Positions 39,127-52,207 of a DNA stretch of 64,000 nucleotides are shown here, one piece after another. The position numbers and the translations under genes were made by a program. Source of the stretch: Octopus sinensis (taxonomy: Eukaryota); NCBI RefSeq assembly GCF_006345805.1, contig NC_043014.1:50468001-50532000 (forward strand). The letters are read 5' to 3'. Under the pieces are notes generated by a model. That model was not told the origin of the DNA. It made no database searches and saw only the letters and a program-made list of their open reading frames with translations. Position 1 is the stretch's first letter; every line of letters starts with the position of its first letter.

Positions 39127-40060
39127 GCGGCGAGCTGGCAGAAATGTTAGCACGCCGGGCGAAATACTTAGCGGTATTTCGTCTGTCTTTATGTTCTGAG
39201 TTCAAATTCGAGGTCGACTTTGCCTTTCATCCTTTCGGGGTCGATTAAATAAGTACCAGTTACGCACTGGGGTCGATATAACCGACATAATCCGTTTGTC
39301 TGTCCTTGTTTGTCCCCTCTGTGTTTATCCCCTTTTGGGCAATAAAGAAATATGAATCGTTACCACGCTGGGAAAAGCGCTTAGCTGCGTTTCGTACGTC
39401 TTGACGTTCTGAGTTCAAATTCCACCGAGGTCGACTTTGCTTTTCATACATTCGGGGTCGATGAAATAAGTACTAGTTGAGGACTGGTGTCGATGTAATC
39501 GACTTTTCTCCTTCCCCGAATTTGCTGGCTTCGCGCCAAAATTTGAAACCAATATGGCAGTCGAGATTTTACTAACAGACATACGTTTAAATTCGTTACA
39601 ATCCACATATTCTGGGTAAGGTATAAAACTGGCAGCTGTTGATAAGGTTCCAGTCCAGGAGTTCTGGAAACTTTTGAGGGTATGATGTGAGTCACTAGTC
39701 ACCGCTATTGCTTGATCCGATGTTATACACAATGTTAGTACATATCAAAGGCCCGTGATCAGATAAAAGAAAATATTTTTATAAACATAATACACACCAC
39801 TGGAAGGGTGTGGTACCTAGATATGTGTTATAGATATTTTTTACTGCCTGGACATGTTCTGATGTCATGTGAGCTAGACCTTCTGCATAAGGGTCTTAAC
39901 TACCCCCTTGTGGGTAGTAAAGACATAAGTACTTAAATTATCGACCCCGAAAAAAGGTAAGTTCGACCTCAGCGTAATTTGAACTCAGAACGCGAAGACA
40001 GGCAAAATACCGGTAAGCACTTCGACCAGCTTGCTAACAATTCTGCCAGCTAGTCGCCTA
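39127..40060. mobile_element. SINE B cluster: 39127-39352 (+, complete), 39362-39550 (+), 39915-40060 (-)
   Basis: Each copy has the gagttcaaat..gaggtcgactttgc core; the first ends gggcaataaagaaata. Confidence 0.85.
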
Positions 40061-40169
40061 CAGAAATGCTTTCGATATTATTTTAAATTGGTTCAACTAC
40101 AATCGTAGTAATTTCAAATATGAATCAAAAATAAAATGGAATTCCGATGATAATAGAGTATTCTGAATG

Positions 40170-40605
40170 CGAGAAAATTATTAACGTTCTGCAGCAGTAA
40201 TGATAGTGGTTCATGTGAGAATTATCATCAACAGCTATGAGGTGAGAACAATCAAACGTCTCGGATTTTTGTTCTTCACCAAAGAATGAACGAGAATGGG
40301 AAAGAATTGCCAATATGATTGTATAATTGGTAAAGTCATTCCAATAATCCACCACAATGTTGCCGATCTTCTGCTTTCAATGTACAGCTAAGTAGTAATA
40401 TTAGTTCCTGTGAGAATTATTATAAACGTTCTCGATAAGCAGCGGTTATGAGATGAAAACAATCTGACGTTTCGGATTGTTGTTCTTCATCAGCGAGGGA
40501 AAGAGAATAGAAAAGAATTGTCAATATGACTCTATAACTGGTAAACAAATTCCGATAATCCACCAGAATCTTGCTGACCTTTGGGTTCGATGTACAGCTA
40601 AGAAC
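40170..40605 (-). repeat. Two diverged 210-bp tandem units, each with a hammerhead-like core
   Basis: tgtacagctaag at 40381 and 40591; tatgag at 40237 and 40447. Confidence 0.85.
40461..40497 (-). ncRNA. Minimal type I hammerhead motif (weakened stems)
   Basis: cucg CUGAUGA-A gaa caacaa ucc GAAA C GUC agau. The core is intact but stem I and stem II each carry mismatches. The sister copy at 40249-40290 is decayed (UUGGUGAA, GAGAC). Confidence 0.55.
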
Positions 40606-41254
40606 TTGTGATGGAGACGGCACAATACAGTAAACGGTGGTTAATCTAGAAGACAAAAATATCTTCGCTCTCCTCTTATTCGGTACGGTTATACAGCCGG
40701 AAGAGCTGAGTTTTAATTCTCAAATCACGTGGTATTTTTTAAAATTCTTATGGAAATATTAAGCTCTTGAGGAGGTCTAATACGGTAGAAACAACATCCA
40801 GAATATTTACTCTACAAGTTGTTTCAAAGATCCCCCTCATAACTTAATGATGTTTATATTTGATTAATTTGAATTAAAATGCCTTCAGAGGTTGTCTTCC
40901 TTTCGTCTCTTGACAAAAATTAATATTTTAGAAAAATATTCCTTTTCTCATAACTGGAAGTCTGATTTTAATTCATTAACGTATCTTGACTCCCCTCATT
41001 AAATTCATTAGCGCCCACTTCTGATATGAAAATGAAACATATATGAAACAAAGGAGGTGCGATGAATCCAATATTATTTTCTTAATGTAACCTTTCTTTC
41101 CAGGTCCATCTTTAATCCCAAAGCGGCAATTCCGAATAAAATCGTGTGAATTAGTAATTTATTCCATATTTGTACATTTTTTACGAAGATTTTAAAACCA
41201 TTTGTTTCGCTTCTAAATTTGTCGTTGTAAAAATGCTTCCGTGTTCCATAAATC

Positions 41255-41290
41255 CTCATTATTATTATTATTATATTATTATTATTATTA

Positions 41291-41330
<40 letters not shown>

Positions 41331-41448
41331 GTTATTATTATTATTATTATTATTGTTCTTCTTCTTATTATTATTATTGTTCTTCTTATTATTATTCTTA
41401 TTGTTGTTATTATTATTATTATTATTGTTTTTATTATTATTATTATTG

Positions 41449-41503
<55 letters not shown>

Positions 41504-41525
41504 CATTAATTATTATTATTATTAC

Positions 41526-41568
<43 letters not shown>

Positions 41569-41572
41569 GTTG

Positions 41573-41617
<45 letters not shown>

Positions 41618-41665
41618 TATTATTATTATTATTATTATTATTGATGATGATGATGATGATGGTGA
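41255..41665. repeat. (ATT/GTT/CTT)n array
   Basis: Direct observation. Confidence 0.95.
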
Positions 41666-42342
41666 TGTTATTGTTGCCGTTGCTCTTGTTGCCACAACGT
41701 TCGATTATTCTTTTATTCGATTGTTCATTCATGTATGGATTCAGCTACTGAAATGGCTCCCCTGGTGGGATTAGCACATCTCAGTGTTCTCATTATGACA
41801 GAAAAGACTCATCAGTACGATTTTTTTTCCTAAATTGAGATCCGGTATCTTAGATTGTCAAAAGTGTTAATCCACACTTCAAAAATATACAGATATATGC
41901 TACGGCTCTTAACCATTTAGGTTCGAATTCTGAGGAATTAAACCCTTTAAATATTGAAAATAAGAAAAATGGATTAGTTCTATTGTTTAAACTTTCACCT
42001 GCAAAATGTTGGTCATATGCCATAATTAGAACCGAATATTATCACTAAAATACAGGTAAGAAAATCAACGTATACGAAGTGTAATGGGAAGTATCTTAAA
42101 ATGATTTAAATTCATATACGTAACATGAAAAAAGATGCATATATGAACATTATCCATTTAGAACGGGGCTAGCACACATAGAATGTTAGGAGTAGATGCG
42201 GCGATCGTATCTCTTAAGCAATGCTACAGTGTATTTTTTGTCTTCTCCCTCCCCCTCCCCCGCACACACATACATACACAAATATATATGCATTAATATG
42301 CATACATATATACATATATGCACACACATATACATATATATA

Positions 42343-42427
<85 letters not shown>

Positions 42428-42451
42428 TACACACACACACACACATGTGAT

Positions 42452-42730
42452 TAGGACAGCAGCCTCGCGGTCGTAGGATCGCGGTTTCGATTCCCAGACA
42501 GGGATTTGTGAGTGTTTATTGAGCGAAAACACCTAAAGCTCCACGAAGCTCTGGCAGGGGGTAGTGGCGATCCCTGCTGTATTATTTCGCCACAACTTTC
42601 TCTCATTCATTCTTCTGTTGGCCTGCTCGCTTAGCCAGCGTGGCGGCGTCATTTGAAGGCTAAAACAGTGCGAAGCGCATTGTGACCGGTGATGTGTAGC
42701 AACATCTCATAGCCTGGTCGGTCACGTGAT

Positions 42731-42735
<5 letters not shown>
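42452..42735 (+). mobile_element. SINE family C variant (same head and body as 49481-49857, different 3' tail)
   Basis: ctcgcggtcgtaggatcgcggtttcgattcccagac...tttattgagcgaaaacacctaaagctccacg is shared; the tail gcgaagcgcattgtgaccggtgatgtgtagc differs. Confidence 0.82.
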
Positions 42736-42776
<41 letters not shown>

Positions 42777-43193
42777 CGATCGAATCTCCTGCGAGTTAAC
42801 ACGGGATCTCCTAACGACACTGTAGACTTCATGTAATGAAATTAACCTGAGTCTTAAGCCTCGTTTACGGTCCATCCCTCATTTGGATAATTACTAATTC
42901 CCAGGTTTCGCTAACTATGAAATATATGTCACCTGGATTTTATCTACTCTATTTCTTAATTTTTCGTTATCTATTCGCATATACAACAGCCCCAGTTGTT
43001 AACCGTGAGCTATAAAATAACATTTTTTTCGGCTTATCGTGCTTTGATAACGGAAAAATATCACAACCTTCTGCGCCAATAAATAACGATTTTTCGCTGA
43101 ATGTTGTTGTTTTTTTGTTATATATTCTACCGGCTGCTTCAAGATCGCCAACTTCTATACGTTGATCTTTGGATCTTACCTTTACACATACAC

Positions 43194-43224
<31 letters not shown>

Positions 43225-44074
43225 GGTGTGTGAAAGAGAGAGAAATAAATGAGTTTCATGGAGAGCACAAAATTAATTCTTTTACTGATTTTTACTGCTG
43301 CCTGCAGAAAATACGGTCGTCCCTACGAATCCTTCTCACCAAACTTATAATTCCCTATAACACTATTTTACTCTAAAGAGATTCCACAACGATCACGACC
43401 AAAAGTTTACGATCAACTTCCTTCTGAATCCTGTTTTTTTCCTTCTCGTTTTAACCATTAATTATGTTTTTATGAAATCGTTATTTAAATTTTATATTAC
43501 ATGCATCTTACCTAAATACGTGACTGAACAGTTCTCTAATAACACTTTTTACTGCGGATGTTATAACGGAAACACATCTATTAAACATGACAGAGAACGC
43601 ATAGACGTTCGGTTTTATGCCTATATGTTCGATCATTTTGTTCATGTTCAGAAAACTAGTAAATCCTGACTTTACAATCTTTCCCACTTTACAATCACTG
43701 AATATTAAAACTGGAACACGGTTGTTAAATTAAGCTGTAAAATGCTGTTTGATTTTTCTTTTGTGTGAGGTTCTTACATGAAATTTTTAGGCTTCCTTTA
43801 GGTTTTTCTTTTTGTTTTTTTTTTTTTTGGTTTTTATTCTCCATATTTCGATTTCAATTAAATGCAATGGACTAAGACTGGAGAAAGGGGTTTTTTTTTC
43901 ACTTCCTTTAAGAATTTTGTATTTTCGTGTAAGAATCTTGATATAAGCCATTTGAATATTTCATTAGAAGTTTACTTCATCATTATGAGCATCACCATCA
44001 TCATCATCCTCATCATCATCTGAACACCATCGTCGTCGTCGTCGTTATCGTCATCAATATAATTATCATTATCC

Positions 44075-44438
44075 CACAGAGGTCGACTTGACTTTCATCT
44101 CATCCGGGATCGATAAATTAAGGACCAGTGAAACACTGGGGTCGGTTGTAATCGACACAGCCCCTCCCCAAAAAAGTTCAGTCCTTCTGCCTATAGTAGA
44201 AACGATCATCATCATAATCATCTTGATCATCTTTATCCTCCTCCTCATCATCATCAAGAGGGTGAGCTGACAGAATCGTGAGAACATCGGGCGAAATGCT
44301 TAGCGGGCGAAATGCTTAGCGTTCTGAGTTCAAATTCGACTGGGGTCGATTAAATAAGTACCAGTTACGCACTGGGGTCGATGTAATCAACTTAATCCCT
44401 TCCCCCAAACTTGAGGCCTTGTGCTTCAAGTAGAAAGG
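44075..44438 (+). mobile_element. Two SINE B pieces (44075-44205; 44260-44438) among (ATC)n/(ATT)n
   Basis: gaggtcgacttgactttcatc core; the second copy has an internal tandem duplication (gggcgaaatgcttagc)2. Confidence 0.85.
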
Positions 44439-44511
44439 ATTATTATTACAATTATTATTATTATTATTATTATATTATTATTATTAATATTATTATTATT
44501 ATTATTATTAA

Positions 44512-44553
<42 letters not shown>

Positions 44554-44618
44554 CATTATTATTATTATATTATTATTATTATTATTATTATTATTATCAT
44601 TATTATTATTATTATATT

Positions 44619-44656
<38 letters not shown>

Positions 44657-44662
44657 CATTAT

Positions 44663-44810
44663 CACAGAGTCAGCTGTTCACTGTCTGTGAACTACGGTAA
44701 CACCTCTTATTTTTTCGAGCAGCTTCCAGAGTATACGCCTATTCGAGCGGTTCCAAGCAGTGCTGTTTTCTGCAAGTGCCCCAAACTTATTGCAGCCCCT
44801 ATTTGTTGTT
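44663..44810 (-). mobile_element. R4/Dong-like (restriction-like endonuclease) LINE extreme 3' end
   Basis: IGAAISLGHLQKTALLGTARI resembles the C-terminal QKxxxLGTAxI motif of R4/Dong/Rex6 ORFs. It is followed directly, in its own sense, by an (AAT)n array at 44440-44662. Confidence 0.65.
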
Positions 44811-44811
44811 G

Positions 44812-44945
44812 TTCTTCTTCTTCTTCTCTTCTTCTTCTTCTTCTTCTTCTTCTTCTTCTTCTTCTTCTTCTTCTTCTTCTTCTTCTTCTTCTTCTTCTTC
44901 TTCTTCTTCTTCTTCTTCTTCTTCTTCTTCTTCTTCTTCTTCTTT
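44812..44945. repeat. (TTC)n array
   Basis: Direct observation. Confidence 0.97.
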
Positions 44946-45654
44946 TCATAGTATGCATGGCCATTGTATAATAGTTAATACTGCAGTAGGAATATGAAGT
45001 CCCTCTAACGACGTTAGGGTTGGAGTCAGCTATAATTAAATTACAGGAGAGTTCAACAGAGTAGGTCGATAACTTCACCTGCTGTGCGAAGAAGGAAATT
45101 TACAATTCCGAACTCATGACCTTTGTGTCTGAGAAAAGGAAAAGAAGAGAAAATGTTACAGCTTTGATTGCCATATAGCAAAAGGGATTTAATTTCATTA
45201 TTTTCCATTAATTGGCTTTAATTGCATTTTAAAACCGCAGAAAAATCAGGAAAAGAACATTTACCTGACAACTAGGAACAAATATAATACCAAGAGCATT
45301 TAATTGATTATAAAAACTCACTCTAAAATATATTCCTACAATAGTTTCATTTCGTAGGTGGTGTATTCTATATAGGGATATTTACACAGAGCTTGTTTGT
45401 GCAAGTGTCTGCTGCTTATTCTTTAAATATATATAATTATATCAACCATGCTTTATATGGTTACCTTATAATTGAACTTTCTATAGATTGGTAACTAATC
45501 AGTACTTTTCATTGGACTTATGATTCCTTAATGAGGTTTATTAACTTTGCTTCATTATATATATTTATATATGTATGCATGTATTTTTCGAATTTGTGTG
45601 AATGTGCTGAATAAATTTCAAACACAATCTGGTTTTCGAGTTTTATCTTTATTC

Positions 45655-45689
<35 letters not shown>

Positions 45690-46057
45690 TAACTTAGAGA
45701 TAAAACCACTATTAGGCAAATGAAACAGTGAAAAACATAAACCAAAACATAAAAATAAAAATAATTAATACAATATACAAAATATATAAAATATAAAATT
45801 CAAAAATTAAAATTATTTAAATTTAAAATTAAAATGATTAATTTATATTTATGATTTTTTATACTTTTTTATATATATATTTTAAAAATATATATATAAC
45901 TATCAAAAAGTATTCAGAAGTTTAATATAAGATAAAAATCATATATATATATATACACATATACGTTTTATTTTGGAGTAATTGCTGCAGTTTTTGCAAA
46001 CACTGTATAATCTTTGTTTCAGAAAATAATAAGGCAGGCCCTCAGCTTAATCAAGAT

Positions 46058-47073
46058 ATGAAGAGGCATGCTGTTATTGTGGTCATAAATGCTGAACATA
46101 GCGATTTAGAAATATCTCGATTTTTAAAAGTTGTCAGATCTTTCATCTACAAAGTTTGTAAGGACCTAGAGACTGTAGATGAAAACGTATCACCAGTATG
46201 AAAGCATAACAAACATTCTAAAAGCTCAGAAACCATCAGAATACCTGAATATATCCAGAGAGTTCAACAGATCGCTGTTTATAATCCCAGAATTTCCATG
46301 AGGTCAATTGCAAAAGATCTCCATGTGTAAGAAGGAACAATCAGAAATGTCGTCCACGACGACAGCAGATATAAGACTTATATGACGAGGAATGGTCAAT
46401 TTGCCCGAAAAAGCAAAAGATAATTACTATGTCAGATGTAAAAGGTTCTTAAACAAACTACAAAAATCAGTAGATTTTATTTGTTTTTTCTCAAACGACA
46501 AAAACTTCAACCGAGATAAAAAAAAAGTTAACATAAGAAATTACAGATGGTTATGTGCAGACCTTTTCCAATTACCAAGTATTATGCATACAAAATATCC
46601 AGCAACTGTCATGGTTGTAAGGATTGTTAGCAATGAAAGACATGTAAATCCTCCTTACTTCTTTCCTCAAGGCCTTAGAGTTAAGTCTGCCGCCTACATC
46701 GAGGTCCTAGAAATAATTGTTAAGCGCTGGATAGAGGATGTATGCAATGGAAGGCCATATATGTTTCAGTAAGACTCTGCACTCTCACACATGGCTCTAG
46801 TGACACAAGAATGGATGGCTGAAAATTTTCATGATCACATAAGGCTTCACATTTGGCCTCCTACTTCCCCAGATCTCAATCCATTGGATAATTGCCTGTG
46901 AAACAATGTTGAAAGAGAAGTGAATGAAAACATCCATAGCACAAAAATTCTTTGAAAGCTTCCATAATCAGGGTAATGTCGAAATGAACCAGGACCATTT
47001 GATTTGAACATGTGGATGATTTAGATCTCATATTGAAGCAATTGTTGAAGCTGAAGATGGCTTTATTGAATAA
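46058..47073 (+). pseudogene. Decayed Tc1/mariner transposase, DD37D (maT) family
   Basis: MKRHAVIV...SMRSIAKDLHV...FFSNDKNF...TKYPATVMV...PPYFFPQGLRV...PYMFQ*DSALSHMA...WPPTSPDLNPLD. I count 37 residues between the second and third catalytic Asp. Several stops and frameshifts; TIRs not recognisable. Confidence 0.9.
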
Positions 47074-47089
47074 CATTATAGAAACGTTT

Positions 47090-47476
47090 TTGGCCTCTGT
47101 TCTTCTCCCATCTTTGTGGATAAGGCATATAATGCCTTCCTTTAGCTTTTTAACAAGTTTACCACTAGCAAGTAAATTCTGGAAAAGTATCTGATTTGGT
47201 TTCGCTAAAGCCTTACATGAAATCAGGAGAATAGCTGGAAAGCAATCGGAACTACTTGCCGATTGTGAGCTGAATTCATTCATAGCTGCTATTACATATA
47301 TCTCCTCAATTCTGATGTAAACAATGGTTGCCATTTTAAACTGTAGGGCTGCAATTTTAAATATTTCAGCAGGGTTTTTGTCTGTGTGTGTTCCAGTGGA
47401 AAGGTGAAGACACTTTTAAATTGTTCGCTGAGTACCTCATTTATCCTGTCAGGGTCCGCGGTCAGTGAGCCATTCA
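47090..47476 (-). mobile_element. CR1-like LINE ORF2 fragment (EN-RT linker / RT start)
   Basis: DPDRINEVLSEQFKSVFT and KEGIICLIHKDGRRTEAKN (PIHKGG...KNYRP-like). Confidence 0.85.
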
Positions 47477-48093
47477 AAAAATTATAGAAGATCTAACTGG
47501 AGGAAATATAACGGAAATAGACTCTAGGTGCACAATATCACGAATATATATTTACAAATACCTCGCAACCCCTTTCATATTTACGAGTAGGTATGAATTT
47601 ATATATGAGTGGATGATTGGATCGATCGATCGATCGATAAAAATGGATGTGTGTAAGTATGTGTGTGCTAAATTGAGAGTGCCTGTGCATGTGTTTTTTT
47701 TTTTATTGGCCTTCATTACGAAGATTGCAACGGAAAAAACCATCTTCCGCAATTTTCATCAAATGGTTTCATATTGTTGAAACAAACCGTATTTGATTTT
47801 ACGATTTTGTGATTCTCATTAACTATAATGAACCATTTACCACAAAGAACAAAATGGAATATCACTGAATAAATAACGATTTACCATTTGTTTTTTTGTT
47901 TTTTAGGAATGCATAGTGATTTACTACAATTTCATTGTAAATTAATATATACGAGAAGAATTATATGAGGTTATCAAATAATGCACTTCAAACACGTTTA
48001 AAATAATAACAGTGACTGCCTACTTAAGCAATATTTCAGAAACGAAAAAACCACATGCATATACACACAAACAAACGCAATGTATGTACGTGC

Positions 48094-48126
<33 letters not shown>

Positions 48127-48141
48127 TATGTATGTATGTAA

Positions 48142-48193
<52 letters not shown>

Positions 48194-48792
48194 GTAAAAG
48201 TGTGTGTGTGCGTGTGTGTGAAGGCGCATGTATGTATGTATGTATGTATATATATATATATATATATACATATGTGTGTTTCATATTAACTGTGGCAGTG
48301 CGTATATGCGTATACAGTCATTTGTGAAAATGCATATTGCCATATGTGCCTCGTTATATGCATGTGTGTGTGCGTGTGTGTGTGCGTGTGTGTGTGTGTG
48401 TGTGCGTGTGTGTGTGGTGTGTGTGTGGTTGTCTGTGTGTATTGTGCAAATGTCATTTATGTTTGTTTGGTGGTGCCATAGTTACTTGATTAATAATCCC
48501 ACTTCGCAGTCGTGAGGTCTGCGGTTTCAAACCCTTGGTACCATCGTGGGCGCGTCGAACTAAAAGCTTAGCGCAATTTTTTTTCTGCACTTTACGTTCT
48601 GAAAACAAATATCTCCTCGGCGTCGATAAAATTAATATCCGTTAAACACTTCGGTCGATGAAATCGATAACCATCTACCCCAGAATTTCTGATCTTGTAC
48701 TCTTGTACCCTTGTACCATTGTGCATACGTTTGGGCAGATTTAAAGCCGTAATTTTATTTAAAACTTGAACGAAGGCGGGAGAGGTATGCAG

Positions 48793-48830
<38 letters not shown>

Positions 48831-49015
48831 CAGTTGCGGCCAAAATATTCAGAACGGCATTTTTTTCGTCAGAAAAGTAGGTATAATAGACAATAAATAC
48901 AATATTAAGTGTTATTGTCTGAGATTTTGGTGTAATTTGAGAGGATAATACAAAAGTTATGGATGATTTATGGATTTACTGCAAAACCCATGGCGGCCAA
49001 AATGATCTATAACGT
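48831..49015 (+). mobile_element. Tc1-like terminal fragment
   Basis: TA|CAGTTGCGGCCAAAATATTCAGAAC at the edge of a (TA)n run; an internal echo gcggccaaaat at about 48992. Confidence 0.55.
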
Positions 49016-49034
49016 ATATATATATATATATATA

Positions 49035-49325
49035 TGGAAGATACTGGAAGGAATGTTGCCAAACTTTGGAATGAAGGGCTATACCAGACAACAAACTGGA
49101 CGTTACTGTGTTTTCCCCTTTGTGCCGACTGTTTCATCTCGGGCAAGGACGATGTACTGCAATAGCTTGGGTTTCAAGGCCCCACAGCTGTTTAACTGTC
49201 TACCGAAGCATCTGAGGAGCCTCCATCGGGTGGATGTAGACATTTTCAAACGTGAACTTGACCTGTGGCTCTCCGAGATCCCGGATGAGCCAATATCTAA
49301 GCAAGAAACTCAAAAGACGCATTGT
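49035..49325 (+). mobile_element. CR1-like LINE 3' ORF2 fragment
   Basis: WKILEGMLPN...NSLGFKAPQLFNCLPKHLR...FKRELDLWLSEIPDEP. Confidence 0.85.
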
Positions 49326-49480
49326 ACAGATAAGGTGTTTTTGCACTTTTAACCATAAGAGAAAATGTTTTCATTCGCTTTAAGTGTAGTGAATTTGTGT
49401 TTAGAATTTGAAATATGTAACAAACGTATTTAAATAAACTAAAGGACACATGTGTCTAAACACTGCTAGACGCTGTTGCT

Positions 49481-49857
49481 GCTGTTGAGCGGTGTTGAGC
49501 GAAGTGGTCTTCGTCCTCTTGGAAGAAGTCCGAAACGTGATACTTTGCTATTCGTAAGACCCGCAGAAGAGAGAGCAGGTCAACCCCCGACACTGAGAGC
49601 ATCAACGGATGGATGAATGCGCATTCAGGTTCAGCGGTTGCGTAGGAAGTCGGGGACAAGAAACAGGGAGAAAGAGTGAGAGAAAGTTGGAGCGAAAGAG
49701 TACAACAGGGGTCGCCACCCCCCACCCCTGCCGGAGCCTCGTGGTACTTTAGGTGTTTTCGCTCAATAAACACACACAACGCCCGATCTGGGAATCGAAA
49801 CCGCGATCCTCCGACCGCGAGTCCGCTGCCCTAAACATTGGGCCATTGCGCCTCTAC
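49481..49857 (-). mobile_element. SINE family C, full length, with 10-bp TSD
   Basis: Head ggcgcaatggcccaatgtttagggcagcggactcgcggtcggaggatcgcggtttcgattccc; TSD cgctgttgct at 49471-49480 and 49858-49867. Confidence 0.92.
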
Positions 49858-50127
49858 CGCTGTTGCTAATGCAATAACTTCAGACGTGACGGTGCAAAAG
49901 CACACCTCAATCTCTGTTGTTAACTGTGATTCAGTCAAAGCTACCGGTTTAAATCCCTCAAGGGTTAACATTGTTCGGTATTTCCCATCCATAACGGCTA
50001 ACGAGGAAGAAACGCTGTGTCTGGGCATCCAATTGAGCGGGAACAATACTGGGCAGATATGGTGTTATGGTGTTTTTCCACCGTTACCACGAGAGAGAAT
50101 ATTTTCTCCACGACAACTGTAATATAT

Positions 50128-50329
50128 ACTCTTTTACTTGTTTCAGTTATTTGACTGCGGCCATGCTGGAGCACTGCCTTTAGTCGAGCAACTCGACCCC
50201 AGGACTTATTCTTTGTAAGCCCAGTACTTATTCTATCGGTCTCTTTTGCCGAACCGCTAGGTTACGGGGACGTAAACACACCAGCATCGGTTGTCAAGCA
50301 ATGCTAGGGGGACAAACACGGACACACAA

Positions 50330-50366
<37 letters not shown>

Positions 50367-50408
50367 TACGACAGGCGTCTTTCAGTTTCCGTCCACCAAA
50401 TCCACTCA
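50128..50408 (-). mobile_element. SINE family A, 5'-truncated
   Basis: Reverse complement of the family A 3' two-thirds. Confidence 0.92.
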
Positions 50409-50564
50409 AATTATGTATGAGTGTATATATATATAGTTCTATATTTAAGAGATGAGCAATTATGTACCTTATCTACATTTGACGGATATTTGTCCTCATC
50501 TTGGCTCCAGCCTCCATCAGGTGTCTTGGAGAAATTTCGAACCTGGGTTCTCATTTTTCGATGA

Positions 50565-50635
<71 letters not shown>

Positions 50636-50712
50636 TCACTGCTTCGAATCCAACTCGGAATCTTGGGGTTAGTAGCCTGCGCGTTTAACCACTACGCCAT
50701 ATGCCTGTGGCC

Positions 50713-50748
<36 letters not shown>

Positions 50749-51191
50749 ACATACTCGACCATGTATGCAATAATTCGCTGCATAGGCTTACAGTCGGTCG
50801 ATCAACGTGCAATGATCGTGGATACCGATGGAGAACCCATTATTTTCATTTATGGTGATGGGTATATGAAAGTATTGGAGTCATCAGAGAGAATTCTTTC
50901 AACTCGACATTTATTATCGGAAATATAGATCATAATTGCCCCATAACTGTATATTTATTTCTGGTATATTTTCATTTACAATTTAATGTAGATTTTCTTA
51001 TAAAATCGATCGATAATTTAAATCAGAGGTAAGTTCACAAACGCACTCATAGACCCACACATACACACACACAACCACACACACAATCATGTGAATGTAT
51101 ATATATATATCTATATATATATATATAATATGTGTGTGTGTATATATATATATATATCTGTGTGCTTGAGTCTGTATATAAGGACACACAT

Positions 51192-51229
<38 letters not shown>

Positions 51230-51307
51230 TAATATATATATATACACACACACACACACACTCATATATATATATGTATATATTAATATATACGGATTGA
51301 TGCATGA

Positions 51308-51338
<31 letters not shown>

Positions 51339-51739
51339 TATATGCTTAAATGAAATATATATACACACATATAAATATATGTTTATAGGATGTTATGAGT
51401 ATATAGTTACATACATATGTTTAAACAGACGCATAATATATATATTTTAGATATATACTTTGCGTACATAGGTACATAAACCTTACACATTTCTTACATA
51501 TAGGCTTCCTCGCAAGCATACAAATATACGTAAACATTGTTACACATGTGCACTATAGTAAATATTAAACATCTTATTTCCTAATGAAGTAATATTTTTA
51601 TACTCGGTGTCTGAATTTAAATAATTTCCTACTGTGAAGATATTAAACTTTAAAACCTAACATCAATAACCTGAAGCTGTACAAAAGGGATTGTCATAAA
51701 AAAAATTTCATTTAAAGCTTGAGTAGCTGTATATAGAGT

Positions 51740-51744
51740 ACGTG

Positions 51745-51825
<81 letters not shown>

Positions 51826-51833
51826 ATAACTAA

Positions 51834-51873
<40 letters not shown>

Positions 51874-51915
51874 ATATCTATCTATCTATCTATCTATCTA
51901 ACTATCTATCGATCT
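51740..51915. repeat. (TATC)n microsatellite
   Basis: Direct observation. Confidence 0.95.
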
Positions 51916-51993
51916 ATTCCACTATCTGTAAGTGGATGTGTGTGTATCTAAAGGCTTATAAGTTCTTATCGACAAAACAGTACGTCATATACG

Positions 51994-52042
<49 letters not shown>

Positions 52043-52167
52043 ATGTGTGTGTATATATATATGTATATGTATAATATGCTTGGTGGGTACTTGTGTGTGT
52101 GTTTATATATATACGTATATATATGTATATAAATGTAATCATATATATATATATCAATATATATATA

Positions 52168-52207
<40 letters not shown>

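Noticed and set aside
39590-39740. QFYTLPRI on the minus strand as a second Penelope RT fragment
   Set aside because: Only a partial match to FYxLPKIHK with no supporting neighbouring motifs.
42722-42738. Perfect palindrome tcacgtgatcacgtga as a tandem E-box enhancer
   Set aside because: It is the terminal repeat of the SINE C variant tail; there is no independent regulatory evidence.
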